Shown one piece after another: positions 19,181 to 28,513 of a stretch of DNA of 64,000 nucleotides (its first letter is position 1; each line of letters starts with the position of its first letter). The notes below the pieces were generated by a model, which was not told the origin of the DNA, did not search any database, and saw only the letters and a list, made by a program, of their open reading frames with translations. Position numbers and translations under genes: made by a program. This stretch comes from Pseudomonadota bacterium (GTDB lineage Bacteria; Myxococcota; JACRCW01; JAFGSX01), in contig JBDRCO010000003.1 of the NCBI GenBank assembly GCA_043821645.1, positions 255,936 to 319,935 of the forward strand. The letters run 5' to 3'.

Positions 19181-19575
19181 GATCTCTCCGAGATCGTTGA
19201 CGTGGCGAGAAACACTCCAGAAGCTTTTCGGTCAGCAGGCGGTGCTCGCCGTCGCTGATCGCCCGCGATGCCAGCAGGCCAAGAAAGGCGCGCTCGGGGT
19301 CGCGATTGAACGCGAACTTCTGCAGCTTGGTGCCGCGGGCAAGCACCCAGCTGCCGAAGAACATCGCCTTCGCAGCGTCTCGTAGTGTCCACGGTCCGCC
19401 GGGATCTGGCAGGTCCGCGTTCGGCCACAGGCCCATGGTGTAGAAGTGAGGGGCTTTCTGCCAGGCATCCCCAGCCGAGCTTGAAGCCCACGCGCTTGGC
19501 AAAGATGTCGTCGGTGTACTGGTGCACGCGCTGGAAAATGAGATGGTCGAGAACGAACCAGCTGAACACCAGGCG
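19181..19575 (-). pseudogene. Fragment of ERG4/ERG24 (delta14-sterol reductase/LBR-like) gene with two frameshifts
   Basis: Three frames join to FSWFVLDHLIFQRVHQYTDDIFAKRVGFKLGWGCL / PHFYTMGLW..FFGSWVLARGTKLQKFAFNRDP..ISDGEHRLL / SFWSVSRHVNDLGEI; shifts near 19452 and 19225. Confidence 0.8.
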
Positions 19576-19686
19576 GAGCGTCGGCAGGGTCTGCTCGGCG
19601 ACGACTCTCGCAAGACAGGGAGGCCGCGCCGTCGACCGGCGTGTTGACCCTGAACTGCGGACGCTGCTAGCCTCCCTCGCACCCCG

Positions 19687-20454
19687 ATGACAAGACCGAG
19701 CCAGGGCTTCTCGATACTCATTCCGGCATACCAAGCCGAGGCCACCCTGCCACTGGTGCTGCAGCGGATCGCCGACGAGGTGTGGCAGCGGGTGACCACC
19801 GTCTGGATCGTGGACGATGCCAGCCGCGATGGCACGGCCGAGCAGATCCGCACCCACGCCAGGCAGCAACCCAAGATCGAAGGCGTCTTCCTGCCTCGCA
19901 ACCTGGGCTATGGCGGTGCCTGCAAGCAGGCGCTGCGGCGCATCCGCGCGCAGCCGGTCGAGCATGCGGTGTGTGTGCACGCCGATGGCCAGTATGCGCC
20001 GGAGGAACTTCCTCGGCTGCTGTCGACGCTGGCCGGGCGAGACCTCGATGTTCTGCAGGGTTCGCGCCTGGCGTCGGGGACCGCTCTGTCCGGCGGCATG
20101 CCCATTTACAAGTACCTGGCTGGCCGCGCGCTGACCGCCATCGGCAACACCGTGCTCGGCCTGCAGATGACCGACTACCACAGTGGTTACATGGTCTACG
20201 GGAGACGAGCGCTCGACCTCGTCCCATTCGACCGTCTGTCCAACAGCTTTGACTTCGACCTCGAGGTGATCGCGGCTGCACGCGCGCTTGGGCTGTCCAT
20301 CGGCGAGGCGCCCATACCGACGCGCTACAGCGACGAGGTCTCGCACCTTCGCGTCATCCCGTATGGACTGCGCGTGTTGCGCGTACACTGGCGCTACGCC
20401 GGTGGATACTACCGCCGGATGCTGCAACAACCACCTGGAGGAGCATCGGTATGA
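19687..20454 (+). CDS. GT2 glycosyltransferase, DPM1/ArnC-like polyprenol-phosphate type
   Basis: IPAY, VDDASRDGT, NLGYG, HADGQY, GSR, TDYHSGY, FDLEV. Confidence 0.92.
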   Translation: MTRPSQGFSILIPAYQAEATLPLVLQRIADEVWQRVTTVWIVDDASRDGTAEQIRTHARQQPKIEGVFLPRNLGYGGACKQALRRIRAQPVEHAVCVHADGQYAPEELPRLLSTLAGRDLDVLQGSRLASGTALSGGMPIYKYLAGRALTAIGNTVLGLQMTDYHSGYMVYGRRALDLVPFDRLSNSFDFDLEVIAAARALGLSIGEAPIPTRYSDEVSHLRVIPYGLRVLRVHWRYAGGYYRRMLQQPPGGASV

Positions 20455-21845
20455 CCGCCCGCGTGCTACTTGTCGCACCGCCCAGCGTTCAACTCGCCTA
20501 TGCCGGCCTCAAGAAGGCCAGCATCGCCCGCGTGCACCCGCCGTTGTCGTTGCCGATGCTGGCGGCTCGGGTGCGCGACCGGGCGACCGTCCGCATCCTG
20601 GACCTCAACGTCGAGCCACAGCCGCAGCTCGCGCTGGCCAGCGCGCTCGAGTCATTTCGACCGACGCACGTGGGCGTGACCGGAGTGACCCCGCTGTACC
20701 CGTCCATGCTGGAGATCCTGCGCACCGTCAGGCGCATTGACCCGGCGATCGTGACCATCGCAGGCGGCCCGTTTGTCTCGGCCCTGCCCGAGGAAGTCGT
20801 CGCCACCACCCTGGTCGACTGCGTCGTGATCGGCGAGGGCGAGGAGACCTTCGCCGAGCTGCTCGAGCGACCACTCGCCGAGGTGCGCGGCATCTGCTAC
20901 CTGGCGGACGGCGCACCGCGGCGAACCGCCGTCCGGCCGCCCATCGAAGACCTCGACCGCCTCCCCCTGCCGGCCTGGGATCTGTACGACCTGAGTCGCT
21001 ACCGTGCGCCAGTGGTGGTCGAGCGTCATCCTCCGGCCGCGCTGGTCGAGACCACGCGCGGTTGCCCGCACAGCTGTGTCTGGTGCTCGAAGATCCCGTT
21101 CGGCTCGACATTCCGCGTCAAGTCGCCGGAACGGGTGGTCGAGGAGTTCCTGTATCTGAAGCGCATCGGGTTTCGCGAGGCACATGTCGAGGACGATGGC
21201 TTTTCCGAGAACCTCAAGCACGCCAAGGAGGTCTGCCGCGCCCTCATCGCTGCGCGCATCGACCTGCCCTGGAACCTGCTCAACGGCATCCGCGTCGATC
21301 GTTTCGACGATGAGCTGGCCGGGCTCCTCGCGGCTGCGGGGTGCTACCAGTGTGGATTTGGCATCGAGACCGGCAACGACGCTGTGCGTGGCGAAGCTGG
21401 CAAGCGCGTGGTGGGCAGCGACATCCGGCGAGCCCTCGACATCGCCCGGCGCCACGGTCTGGAGTCCATGGGCTACTTCATCATGGGATTGCCCAACGAG
21501 ACCGAGGCCTCGCTGCGGGAGACCATCGAGTTCATGTGCAGCCTCCCGCTCGACTACGTCAAGATCTCGACCTTTGTGCCCTTTCCGGGGTCGCGCATCT
21601 TTACTGAACTCGAGCAGGCCGGCCGCATCCTGACCCGCGACTGGGGCCTCTACCTCCATCACGATGTCCAGCACGAGGTCTTCAGACACGAGGTGCTGAC
21701 GAAGGCGGTCCTGGCCCGTTACTATCGAGAAGCCTATCGCCGCTTCTACCTGAGGCCGCCCTACATGCTGCGCCAGCTTGCGAAAGGTATTCGCAAAGGC
21801 ATGCTGCGGCGCATGGCCGCAGACTTCATAGCGACCAAGTGGTAG
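20451..21845 (+). CDS. Cobalamin-binding radical SAM protein
   Basis: B12-binding domain (PPLSL, GGPFVS, GEGE) then TRGCPHSCVWC, GIETG, FIMGLPNET, PFPGS; ATGA overlap. Confidence 0.92.
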   Translation: MTARVLLVAPPSVQLAYAGLKKASIARVHPPLSLPMLAARVRDRATVRILDLNVEPQPQLALASALESFRPTHVGVTGVTPLYPSMLEILRTVRRIDPAIVTIAGGPFVSALPEEVVATTLVDCVVIGEGEETFAELLERPLAEVRGICYLADGAPRRTAVRPPIEDLDRLPLPAWDLYDLSRYRAPVVVERHPPAALVETTRGCPHSCVWCSKIPFGSTFRVKSPERVVEEFLYLKRIGFREAHVEDDGFSENLKHAKEVCRALIAARIDLPWNLLNGIRVDRFDDELAGLLAAAGCYQCGFGIETGNDAVRGEAGKRVVGSDIRRALDIARRHGLESMGYFIMGLPNETEASLRETIEFMCSLPLDYVKISTFVPFPGSRIFTELEQAGRILTRDWGLYLHHDVQHEVFRHEVLTKAVLARYYREAYRRFYLRPPYMLRQLAKGIRKGMLRRMAADFIATKW

Positions 21846-21989
21846 CGCAGTACCGCATCGCGGTTGCGCTCTCGTCGTGGCGCCCTGGCGGGACCGTCTG
21901 GCAACATTGACCGGTGGCACCAGCAGTCGCTATTCTGGCGCGTCTTTCGTGTCGTTGACGTGGAGACCGGGATCGCGCGGAGGGAGTCG

Positions 21990-22991
21990 ATGGTGGGCAG
22001 GAGGATCTTGATCACCGGCGGCCTCGGCTTCATCGGATCCTACCTCGCCGAGCACTTTCTCGAGAACGGCGACCGTGTGACGATCGTCGACTCGCTCGTC
22101 TCTAACGTTGTCGAACCGGCGTTTTTCGACGTCAAGTATCCAGAAGTCCACATCGTCCAGTCCTCGGTCGCCGATCACTTTGCCACCACACCGGACCTGA
22201 CCGGCTACGACCTGTTCATTCACGCGGCCAGCCTGGTTGGCCCGGCCAGCCTGATCGACGACGCTGGATCCATCGGCTCGGACATCGTGCTGTCGACGGC
22301 GTGCATCATCGAGCAGTGCCGGAAGGCGGACATCCCCCTGCTCCACTTCTCGTCGGCCGAGGTGTATGGCCGCAGCGGGGTACTCGATGAGGCGCACGAG
22401 ATCCGCGTGCCGCCTTACTACAACGCGCGCATTGAGTACGCGCTGGCCAAGCTGACCAGCGAGGCCATGATCAGCAACAGTCAGCACCGAGGGCTGCGCG
22501 CGATCGTGATCCGGCCGTTCAACGTGGCGGGTCCTCGGCAAAGCCGGGCGGGCGGATTCGTGCTGCCCACCTTCGTGCAGCAGGCGCTGGGCGGCAGGCC
22601 GCTCACGGTGTTCGGCAGTGGCCAGCAGACACGCGCCTTCCTCGGTATCGATGATCTGGTCCAGTTCGTGGCGCAGCGAATCGACAACTGGCCGGCCGAA
22701 CCCTTCACGATCTACAACGTCGGCAACCCCGACAACGCGACCACCATACAGGCGCTGGCCGAGCGTGTGATCCGCTTGCTCGGCAGCCGGTCGACCCTCG
22801 TCCAGGTCGATCCCAAATCGGTCTATGGCCCACTCTACTTCGAGGCCGAGAGCTTCGAGAAGGTACCGGCCATCGGCAAGGCGAGAGCACTGGGCTGGGA
22901 GCCCCGGCAGACTCTCGATGACACCATCCGGCAGTGCGCTGCCTACTACAGGGACCACCGCGATCCGCGAGGGCGCGATGCTCGCACCTAG
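21990..22991 (+). CDS. NAD-dependent nucleotide-sugar epimerase/dehydratase
   Basis: ITGGLGFIGS, SSAEVYG, YALAK (YxxxK), RPFNVAGPRQ; GGAG RBS. Confidence 0.92.
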   Translation: MVGRRILITGGLGFIGSYLAEHFLENGDRVTIVDSLVSNVVEPAFFDVKYPEVHIVQSSVADHFATTPDLTGYDLFIHAASLVGPASLIDDAGSIGSDIVLSTACIIEQCRKADIPLLHFSSAEVYGRSGVLDEAHEIRVPPYYNARIEYALAKLTSEAMISNSQHRGLRAIVIRPFNVAGPRQSRAGGFVLPTFVQQALGGRPLTVFGSGQQTRAFLGIDDLVQFVAQRIDNWPAEPFTIYNVGNPDNATTIQALAERVIRLLGSRSTLVQVDPKSVYGPLYFEAESFEKVPAIGKARALGWEPRQTLDDTIRQCAAYYRDHRDPRGRDART

Positions 22992-23673
22992 GCCGATCCG
23001 CAGCGCGCTGGTGATCGCGCCGCATGCGGACGACGAGGCGATCGGTGCGGGGGGCCTGATCGCGCGGCTGACGGCGGCCGGCGTGCCGGTCACGGTTCTC
23101 TTCGCAGTCGTCGACGGTTTTCATCACCACGGGCTTGAGCAGCCTTCGACCCTGGAGCAGCGTCAGCAGGAGATCGCGGCAGCAGCTGCCATCCTGTCCT
23201 TCGAGTACGAGGTGGCCTACCTGGGCCGCGACTTGATCGAGAAGCTGGATACGGTGCCCCAGCGTGAGCTGGTCGATCTGTTCGAGGCCAAGCTCGATCA
23301 GGTCCGGCCGGACCTGCTGCTTCTGCCGCACGGCGTCGACTACGACCAGGATCATCGTGCTTGCTTCCAGGCCGCTTTCGCTGCGGCCCGACCCATCCCG
23401 GAGACGCTGGGCAAGTTCTTTCCACGACGGGTCCTGACCTACGAGAGCCCCAAGCTGGGCTGGTCCGAGCAGCCGTTCCAGCCGTCCATGTACTGGGAGA
23501 TCTCGGATCAGCTCGAGACCAAGTGCAGGGCGATCGCTGCATATCAGACACAGCTGCGGTCTGCCCCACACATCCGCAGCCTGGACAGCATCCGCGATCT
23601 CGCGCGCATGCGTGGTCGCGAGGCTGGCGTCGTGAGTGCCGAGGCCTTCTCGCTGCTGCGCTGGGTCGACTGA
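22978..23673 (+). CDS. PIG-L/LmbE family N-deacetylase
   Basis: APHADDE, DYDQDH, YQTQ, AEAF motifs; overlaps upstream stop. Confidence 0.9.
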   Translation: MLAPRPIRSALVIAPHADDEAIGAGGLIARLTAAGVPVTVLFAVVDGFHHHGLEQPSTLEQRQQEIAAAAAILSFEYEVAYLGRDLIEKLDTVPQRELVDLFEAKLDQVRPDLLLLPHGVDYDQDHRACFQAAFAAARPIPETLGKFFPRRVLTYESPKLGWSEQPFQPSMYWEISDQLETKCRAIAAYQTQLRSAPHIRSLDSIRDLARMRGREAGVVSAEAFSLLRWVD

Positions 23674-23728
23674 GGGCGCCACCCGCGATCGGGCCTGGCG
23701 CAGCGCGCACTCCTGAATCGGAGCACCC

Positions 23729-25375
23729 TCACTTCTGTAGCGTGGACTCCGGCATGGGCTCGGTGCGGTCGTGGTAGGGCTGCAGCGTCGGGGGGCCCTG
23801 GTACTCCGGCGGCGGAACGAGCCACCAGATCTGGCGGTCCCCGAAATATGCGATGAGCTCGGCGTTGCGCTCGGCGCCCATGTCCCGCGCCCACACCACC
23901 GCAGACGCGTCGATGTCCGGTGCGTTGTAGACCCACTCCCGGTGGACGCTGTGACCCCCTGGGTAGTGAACGATGATCAGGTGCCGGCCTGATGCCGCCA
24001 GGTGCTGCTCGATGCGCTGCCGTTCGTGGCACCACGAGCGGGAGGCGAGCTGTGGCTCCCGGCCAGCCTCCAGCGCACGTCCTGCTCCGACGAAGAGGCA
24101 GGCCAGGGCTACCAGCAGCGGGATCCCGCGGCGTGCCAGCCGGCGCGTCACTTGCACGCTGGCAAGTAGCCGCACCGTGGCGACCAGGAGCAGCAGTGTC
24201 GCCGCCACAAAGGGCGAGAAGTGACGGATCTCGTGCCAGGGCGGCATCATCTGGGCGACGAAGCCCACCCCAAACGATGCCAGGGCCAGGCGCAGGCGCC
24301 GGAACCGCACCAGGAGCGGGATCAGCAAAAGCACGACAGGGCCGAGCGGCGCAAAGTAATAGGAGACCGATCCGGTCCAGACATCGAGCAGGCGCCTGTG
24401 GATGTAGTAGGGGATTTCACGCGCGCTATGCAGCTGCGGCGTGGGCACGAAGTTGACGTTTGCCATCTTCTGGAACACATCGTGTCGGAACTCGACCGGA
24501 CGCGACTTGCCACCCACCCCGAGGAGATCGAGCAACGGCATGCTGCGAGCCATGTAGGTCTTGGCGTAGGCGCTGTAAGGAAGCTCGAACACGGAGCCTG
24601 TGATGCGCAGGTTGCTCCACAGGAGGAACGACAGCCCGAGACCCACGCTCAGCGCGATGGGGAGGGTGGCGCGCAGTACTCGACGCACCCGCACCGGCGG
24701 TGCCAGCCGAACCCCCCAGGCGACCAGCGCGATTGCGACCGGTAGGCTCGCTGCCAGCCCCTCGTAGGGCCGGGTGTTGGCCAAGATGGCCAGACCGGCA
24801 CCAAGCAACAGACCGTCGCGCAGGCGATCACGACGACGCAGCCAGCCCAGGCCTCCAAGCAGGAGCGCGCTCCCCAGCCCCGCCACCGACGGGCCCCAGT
24901 AGGTCTCCGTCCAGTCACCCCAGGTCCCCAGGCAGAACAGGGTGATCAGGCCACCGAACAACGCCCAGCGTGGGCTGGTCCAGGCCAGCAGCATCCAGTA
25001 CAGCGCTGCGATCATCAGGGCGCTCGCGATCCACACCCCCACGATCGGCTGGCCGGTGAGCGTGATGCCGAGCGCCATGGCCAGGCTCTGGCCAGGCGGC
25101 TTCGCGCTTGCGTAGGTCGGTTGCGAGAGCACGTAGATGGTCTCGAAGTGCTGCCACAGAGGGTGCGGTGGGTTGCTTAGCCGTCCCTGCGCGAGGGTCT
25201 GCGCGCCGAACAGCAGGCCGTACTCGTCATGCACGGACGGGACCGGGACGCCGTAGGGGATGAGGGCGGCCGCGCTCACTGCCAGCGATGAGAGTGCGAG
25301 CGCGAGCATGCATGCTCGACGTCGCGCGGCCAGGTGGCCCCAGGTGCGCCAGATGGTCTTCACCGCACGGTCCAA
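23729..25375 (-). CDS. Polytopic membrane protein, probable GT-C superfamily glycosyltransferase
   Basis: Many TM helices; DE pair in first external loop (SVHDEY), PPG, TRPYE; soluble C-terminal domain. Confidence 0.7.
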   Translation of the reverse strand: MDRAVKTIWRTWGHLAARRRACMLALALSSLAVSAAALIPYGVPVPSVHDEYGLLFGAQTLAQGRLSNPPHPLWQHFETIYVLSQPTYASAKPPGQSLAMALGITLTGQPIVGVWIASALMIAALYWMLLAWTSPRWALFGGLITLFCLGTWGDWTETYWGPSVAGLGSALLLGGLGWLRRRDRLRDGLLLGAGLAILANTRPYEGLAASLPVAIALVAWGVRLAPPVRVRRVLRATLPIALSVGLGLSFLLWSNLRITGSVFELPYSAYAKTYMARSMPLLDLLGVGGKSRPVEFRHDVFQKMANVNFVPTPQLHSAREIPYYIHRRLLDVWTGSVSYYFAPLGPVVLLLIPLLVRFRRLRLALASFGVGFVAQMMPPWHEIRHFSPFVAATLLLLVATVRLLASVQVTRRLARRGIPLLVALACLFVGAGRALEAGREPQLASRSWCHERQRIEQHLAASGRHLIIVHYPGGHSVHREWVYNAPDIDASAVVWARDMGAERNAELIAYFGDRQIWWLVPPPEYQGPPTLQPYHDRTEPMPESTLQK

Positions 25376-25440
25376 CGGGCCCCCTTGGTCTGCCTGCGCC
25401 CGGTGCCGACCGTCGCCACTCAGCTCCAGGGCAGCGCGCC

Positions 25441-25539
25441 CAGCAGCCGCAGTAACAGGCCCTTGTGCGCATGCAGACGATGCTCTGCCAGTTTGTAGAC
25501 CGCGGACCAGCGGTCGTCCATCGCCTCGTCCAGCACCTT
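25441..25539 (-). pseudogene. 3' remnant of an ornithine carbamoyltransferase-like gene
   Basis: Minus-strand reading KVLDEAMDDRWSAVYKLAEHRLHAHKGLLLRLL resembles OTCase C-terminus DEVMD...S.V...AENRLHAQKALL; begins at the IS3 end. Confidence 0.6.
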
Positions 25540-25541
25540 TG

Positions 25542-25805
25542 TGGGCTTGCCCCGATTCAGTGGACAGTATTTCTACGCTGCTCGCTTCAACTCCAGTCCT
25601 GGATTCTCATACTTCACTGCGCTCGCATTGCGGTTCGACGCGTCGGGTCGATCGCAGCTGCAGGTGTTCGCGATGTCATCGGCGATCGCGCACTCGCGGA
25701 ACGACGCGTGGCCCACGCGCCTCGGTAGCAGATCTCATCCTTGAGCGTCGACAGGCAGCTCTCGGCCACCGCGTTGTCCCGGCAGTTGCCCTTGTGGCTC
25801 ATGCA
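25542..25805 (-). mobile_element. Degenerate IS3-family element, right end only
   Basis: MSHKGNCRDNAVAESCLSTLKDE matches the IS3 integrase-core motif; terminal IR-like TGGGCTTGCCCCGATTCAGTGGACA at 25542-25566. Confidence 0.85.
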
Positions 25806-26013
25806 TCGAAGTCCAGCACCAACTCCTCGGACGGCGCCGCGCAGCAGAGGTGATGGCGCCTCCGTCAAAGAAGACTCCGACGCGGTGACGTCAGCTCGTG
25901 GCGAGGAACGAGCGGTCCGGGGTCGCTTTCATCGGGGCTGGTCTCTGTGTCGGTGACCAAGAAAATCAGTGACGACGTGATGGTCCGCCCTCCCTGGTCA
26001 TGATCGATGCAGG

Positions 26014-27432
26014 TTAGAGGTCGAAATACAGCTCGTACTCGTAGGGGTGCGGACGCACGTGCACGGCGTCCACCTCCAGGGTGCGCTTCATCTTGAGGTA
26101 GCTGTCGATGAGTTCGCCGTCGAACACGCCGCCGGCGGTCAAGAACGCCCGGTCCGCATCCAGGGCGGCCAGCGCGTCCTCGAAGCGCATGGGCACGTCC
26201 TTGAGCTTGGCCTGCTCCTCGGCGGGTAAAGCGTAGGCATTGGCGTCGATGGGACCGAAGCCCATGGCGCTTGGATCCATCTTTTTCTGCACGCCCTCGA
26301 GTCCGGCCATGAGCTGGGCCGCGATGATCAGATAGGGATTCGCCGTGGCGTCGGGCATACGGTACTCGACCCGGGCTTCGCGCTCGTTGACCGCGTAGGC
26401 GGGGATGCGCAGCGCGCTGGAGCGGTTGCTCAGGCCGAAGAACAACTTGACCGGTGCCGCCAGGTTGGGGGCGAAGCGCCGGTACGAATTGGTGCTGGCG
26501 TTGCCTATGGCCATGAGCGCTGGCGTGTGCTGCAGCAGACCGCTCAGGTACTGCAGCGCCAGGGTGTTGAGGCCGCCGTAGCCGTCACCAAAGAACAGGG
26601 ATTTTTCGCCGCTGCTCAGGTACTGGTGGAAGTGCATGCCACTGCCCGCGTGCCCGTGGAAGGGTTTGGGCATGAAGGTCACCAGCTTGCCCAGCTCGAG
26701 GGCGGTGTTCTTGATCAAGTACTTCATCAGCAGCATCGAGTCGGCGGTGCGCACCGGGGTGTCGAACAGCAGCTCGATCTCGACCTGGCCAGGCGTGCCC
26801 AGCTCGTGGTGGTGGTACTTGACCTTGATGCCAGCCTCCTCGATGCGCTGGACCATCCGCTCGCGGACCTCGGTGTAGCGGTCGAGAGGCGCGTCGGCCT
26901 GGCCGATCTTCTCGAAGCCGGACACTCGGTACAGCGAATCCTCGGCTTCGCCCCAGCCCAGACCGTTGGCCTGCACGCTGAAGTAGGACTCGCCGGGGCT
27001 GGTGCCGTAGCTGGCACCATCGAGCACGTAGAATTCGAGCTCGGGCATGAACAGCGCGTGACCGCCAAGCTTGAGCGAGGCCAGGTGCTGCTCGGCCTTC
27101 TGGCAGATGTAGCGCGGGTCCCTGGGGTAGCGGTTGCCCTGGTTGTCGAGCATGTCGCAGATGAAGGCCAGGGTGGGGCGGGCGTGGAAGGGATCGATGA
27201 AGCCGGTGGCGACGTCGGGGCGCACCTTCATGTCGCCCTGCTCGACCGTGCGGAACCCGGGATAGGGCGACAGCGAGATGCCCGTGCCCTCGCTGAACAC
27301 GCGCTCACTGATGGTGGCGGCGGAGTAGGTCATGCGCCGCCAGCGCCCCTGCAGGTCCACCACCTTGAGCTCGACCTGCTCGATGCCCTCGCTGCGGATG
27401 TACTCGAACACGTCCTGGATGCTCGCGAACAT
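26014..27432 (-). CDS. glnA: Glutamine synthetase type I
   Basis: ELEFY, HHHE, TFMPKP..GSGMHFHQ, NSYRR, NRSSALRIP, EYRMPD..NPY, RPHPYEYELY. Confidence 0.93.
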   Translation of the reverse strand: MFASIQDVFEYIRSEGIEQVELKVVDLQGRWRRMTYSAATISERVFSEGTGISLSPYPGFRTVEQGDMKVRPDVATGFIDPFHARPTLAFICDMLDNQGNRYPRDPRYICQKAEQHLASLKLGGHALFMPELEFYVLDGASYGTSPGESYFSVQANGLGWGEAEDSLYRVSGFEKIGQADAPLDRYTEVRERMVQRIEEAGIKVKYHHHELGTPGQVEIELLFDTPVRTADSMLLMKYLIKNTALELGKLVTFMPKPFHGHAGSGMHFHQYLSSGEKSLFFGDGYGGLNTLALQYLSGLLQHTPALMAIGNASTNSYRRFAPNLAAPVKLFFGLSNRSSALRIPAYAVNEREARVEYRMPDATANPYLIIAAQLMAGLEGVQKKMDPSAMGFGPIDANAYALPAEEQAKLKDVPMRFEDALAALDADRAFLTAGGVFDGELIDSYLKMKRTLEVDAVHVRPHPYEYELYFDL

Positions 27433-27563
27433 GCCTCACTCCTGTGTTCTCGGGACGAATGCCCGGATGCGGGACACACCGCTGCCGCGTTGCAGGGGTG
27501 GCTCGCGTGGCGCCGGATTATGGGTGCGAACAGGGGGTGAGGCAAGCTGCTGCGCGGCCGGGC

Positions 27564-27890
27564 TCAGGACTCGACGTCGCCGAGTTCTCCGCGCTGCGCG
27601 CGTGCGATCCACTCGCGGATCTCGCGCTCCACCACGTTGAGGGCGCGTGACCGGAAGGGCCTGAGCAGCAAGGGCACGTCCATGTCGATCTCGACGGAGC
27701 GGGGGGTGAGCTTGAAGCCCCCTCTCACGGTGGAGCCCAGCGCCGAGAACGCGATCTCGGCCCTGTCGTCGCCGTTCCAGGACAGGCGCGGGTTGTATTC
27801 TGCGAAACGCTCGACATAGCTTCCGAGGGCGTGGCGGATCACACGGCGGGCAAGCTGCAGCTCGAGGCCGTGGTGGACGCTGTGCTTCAT
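27564..27890 (-). CDS. Polyhydroxyalkanoic acid system (PHA granule region)-like protein
   Basis: 108 aa; HGLE...AR, W.GDD.AEIAF, DVPLLLRPFR..A...VEREIREW. Confidence 0.65.
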   Translation of the reverse strand: MKHSVHHGLELQLARRVIRHALGSYVERFAEYNPRLSWNGDDRAEIAFSALGSTVRGGFKLTPRSVEIDMDVPLLLRPFRSRALNVVEREIREWIARAQRGELGDVES

Positions 27891-27974
27891 GGCCCACAAA
27901 ATAGCTGGCCTGACGGGCACCGCCAGGATTTTTTCGCACGCGCTGTGTTGTGAAGGCTGGTGTAAACTCCTGCC

Positions 27975-28418
27975 ATGCTGCGCTCCATCCTTGGCTGGCT
28001 GCTGCTCGCCATCGGTCTCGTGGGCTTCGCTGTAGAGTGCGATCATCTGATCTCCGGCACCGGTGACGGACCTGTCCTGGGTTTTGTGCTGGCTGGCATC
28101 TTCGCGGCTGGTGGCACGGCCCTGCTGGGTTCGATTCGTCGGCGCAAACGCCTGCGACAGGAACCGAGCGCACTGGCTGTGCCGACCGCCGAGTCGCTCG
28201 AACCGGCCATCTTCAGGCTGGCGCGGGATCGCAGCGGTCGCATCTCCGCGGGCGAGGTGTCGGCAGAATTCAGCGTCAGCTTTGACCTGGCACACCAGGC
28301 GCTGGAGCGCCTTGCCCTGCGCGAGGCCTGTCAGGTGATGGTCAATGAGGCAGGTGCCACCCTGTATCGTTTTGCCGAGTTCGAGGGAGTGGACGGCAAG
28401 CGCGATCTCCTCGAGTAG
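27975..28418 (+). CDS. Two-TM membrane protein with winged-helix-like C-terminus
   Basis: Two hydrophobic helices; IFRLARDRSGRISAGEV...LERL...GATLYRFAEF. Confidence 0.75.
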   Translation: MLRSILGWLLLAIGLVGFAVECDHLISGTGDGPVLGFVLAGIFAAGGTALLGSIRRRKRLRQEPSALAVPTAESLEPAIFRLARDRSGRISAGEVSAEFSVSFDLAHQALERLALREACQVMVNEAGATLYRFAEFEGVDGKRDLLE

Positions 28419-28513
28419 CCGCTGCGCCGCATGCTGACGCGTCCCCGCGTCCGCGCTACATCCCTCTCACGTTCAGTGCTTGGGTTCCGCGCACCCGCGC
28501 CAGCGAGGATTTC

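Noticed and set aside
18931-20478. ORF-track calls 18931-20478 (-) and 19146-19901 (-) as real genes
   Set aside because: They are chimeras of GT2 antisense sequence and pieces of the frameshifted sterol reductase remnant
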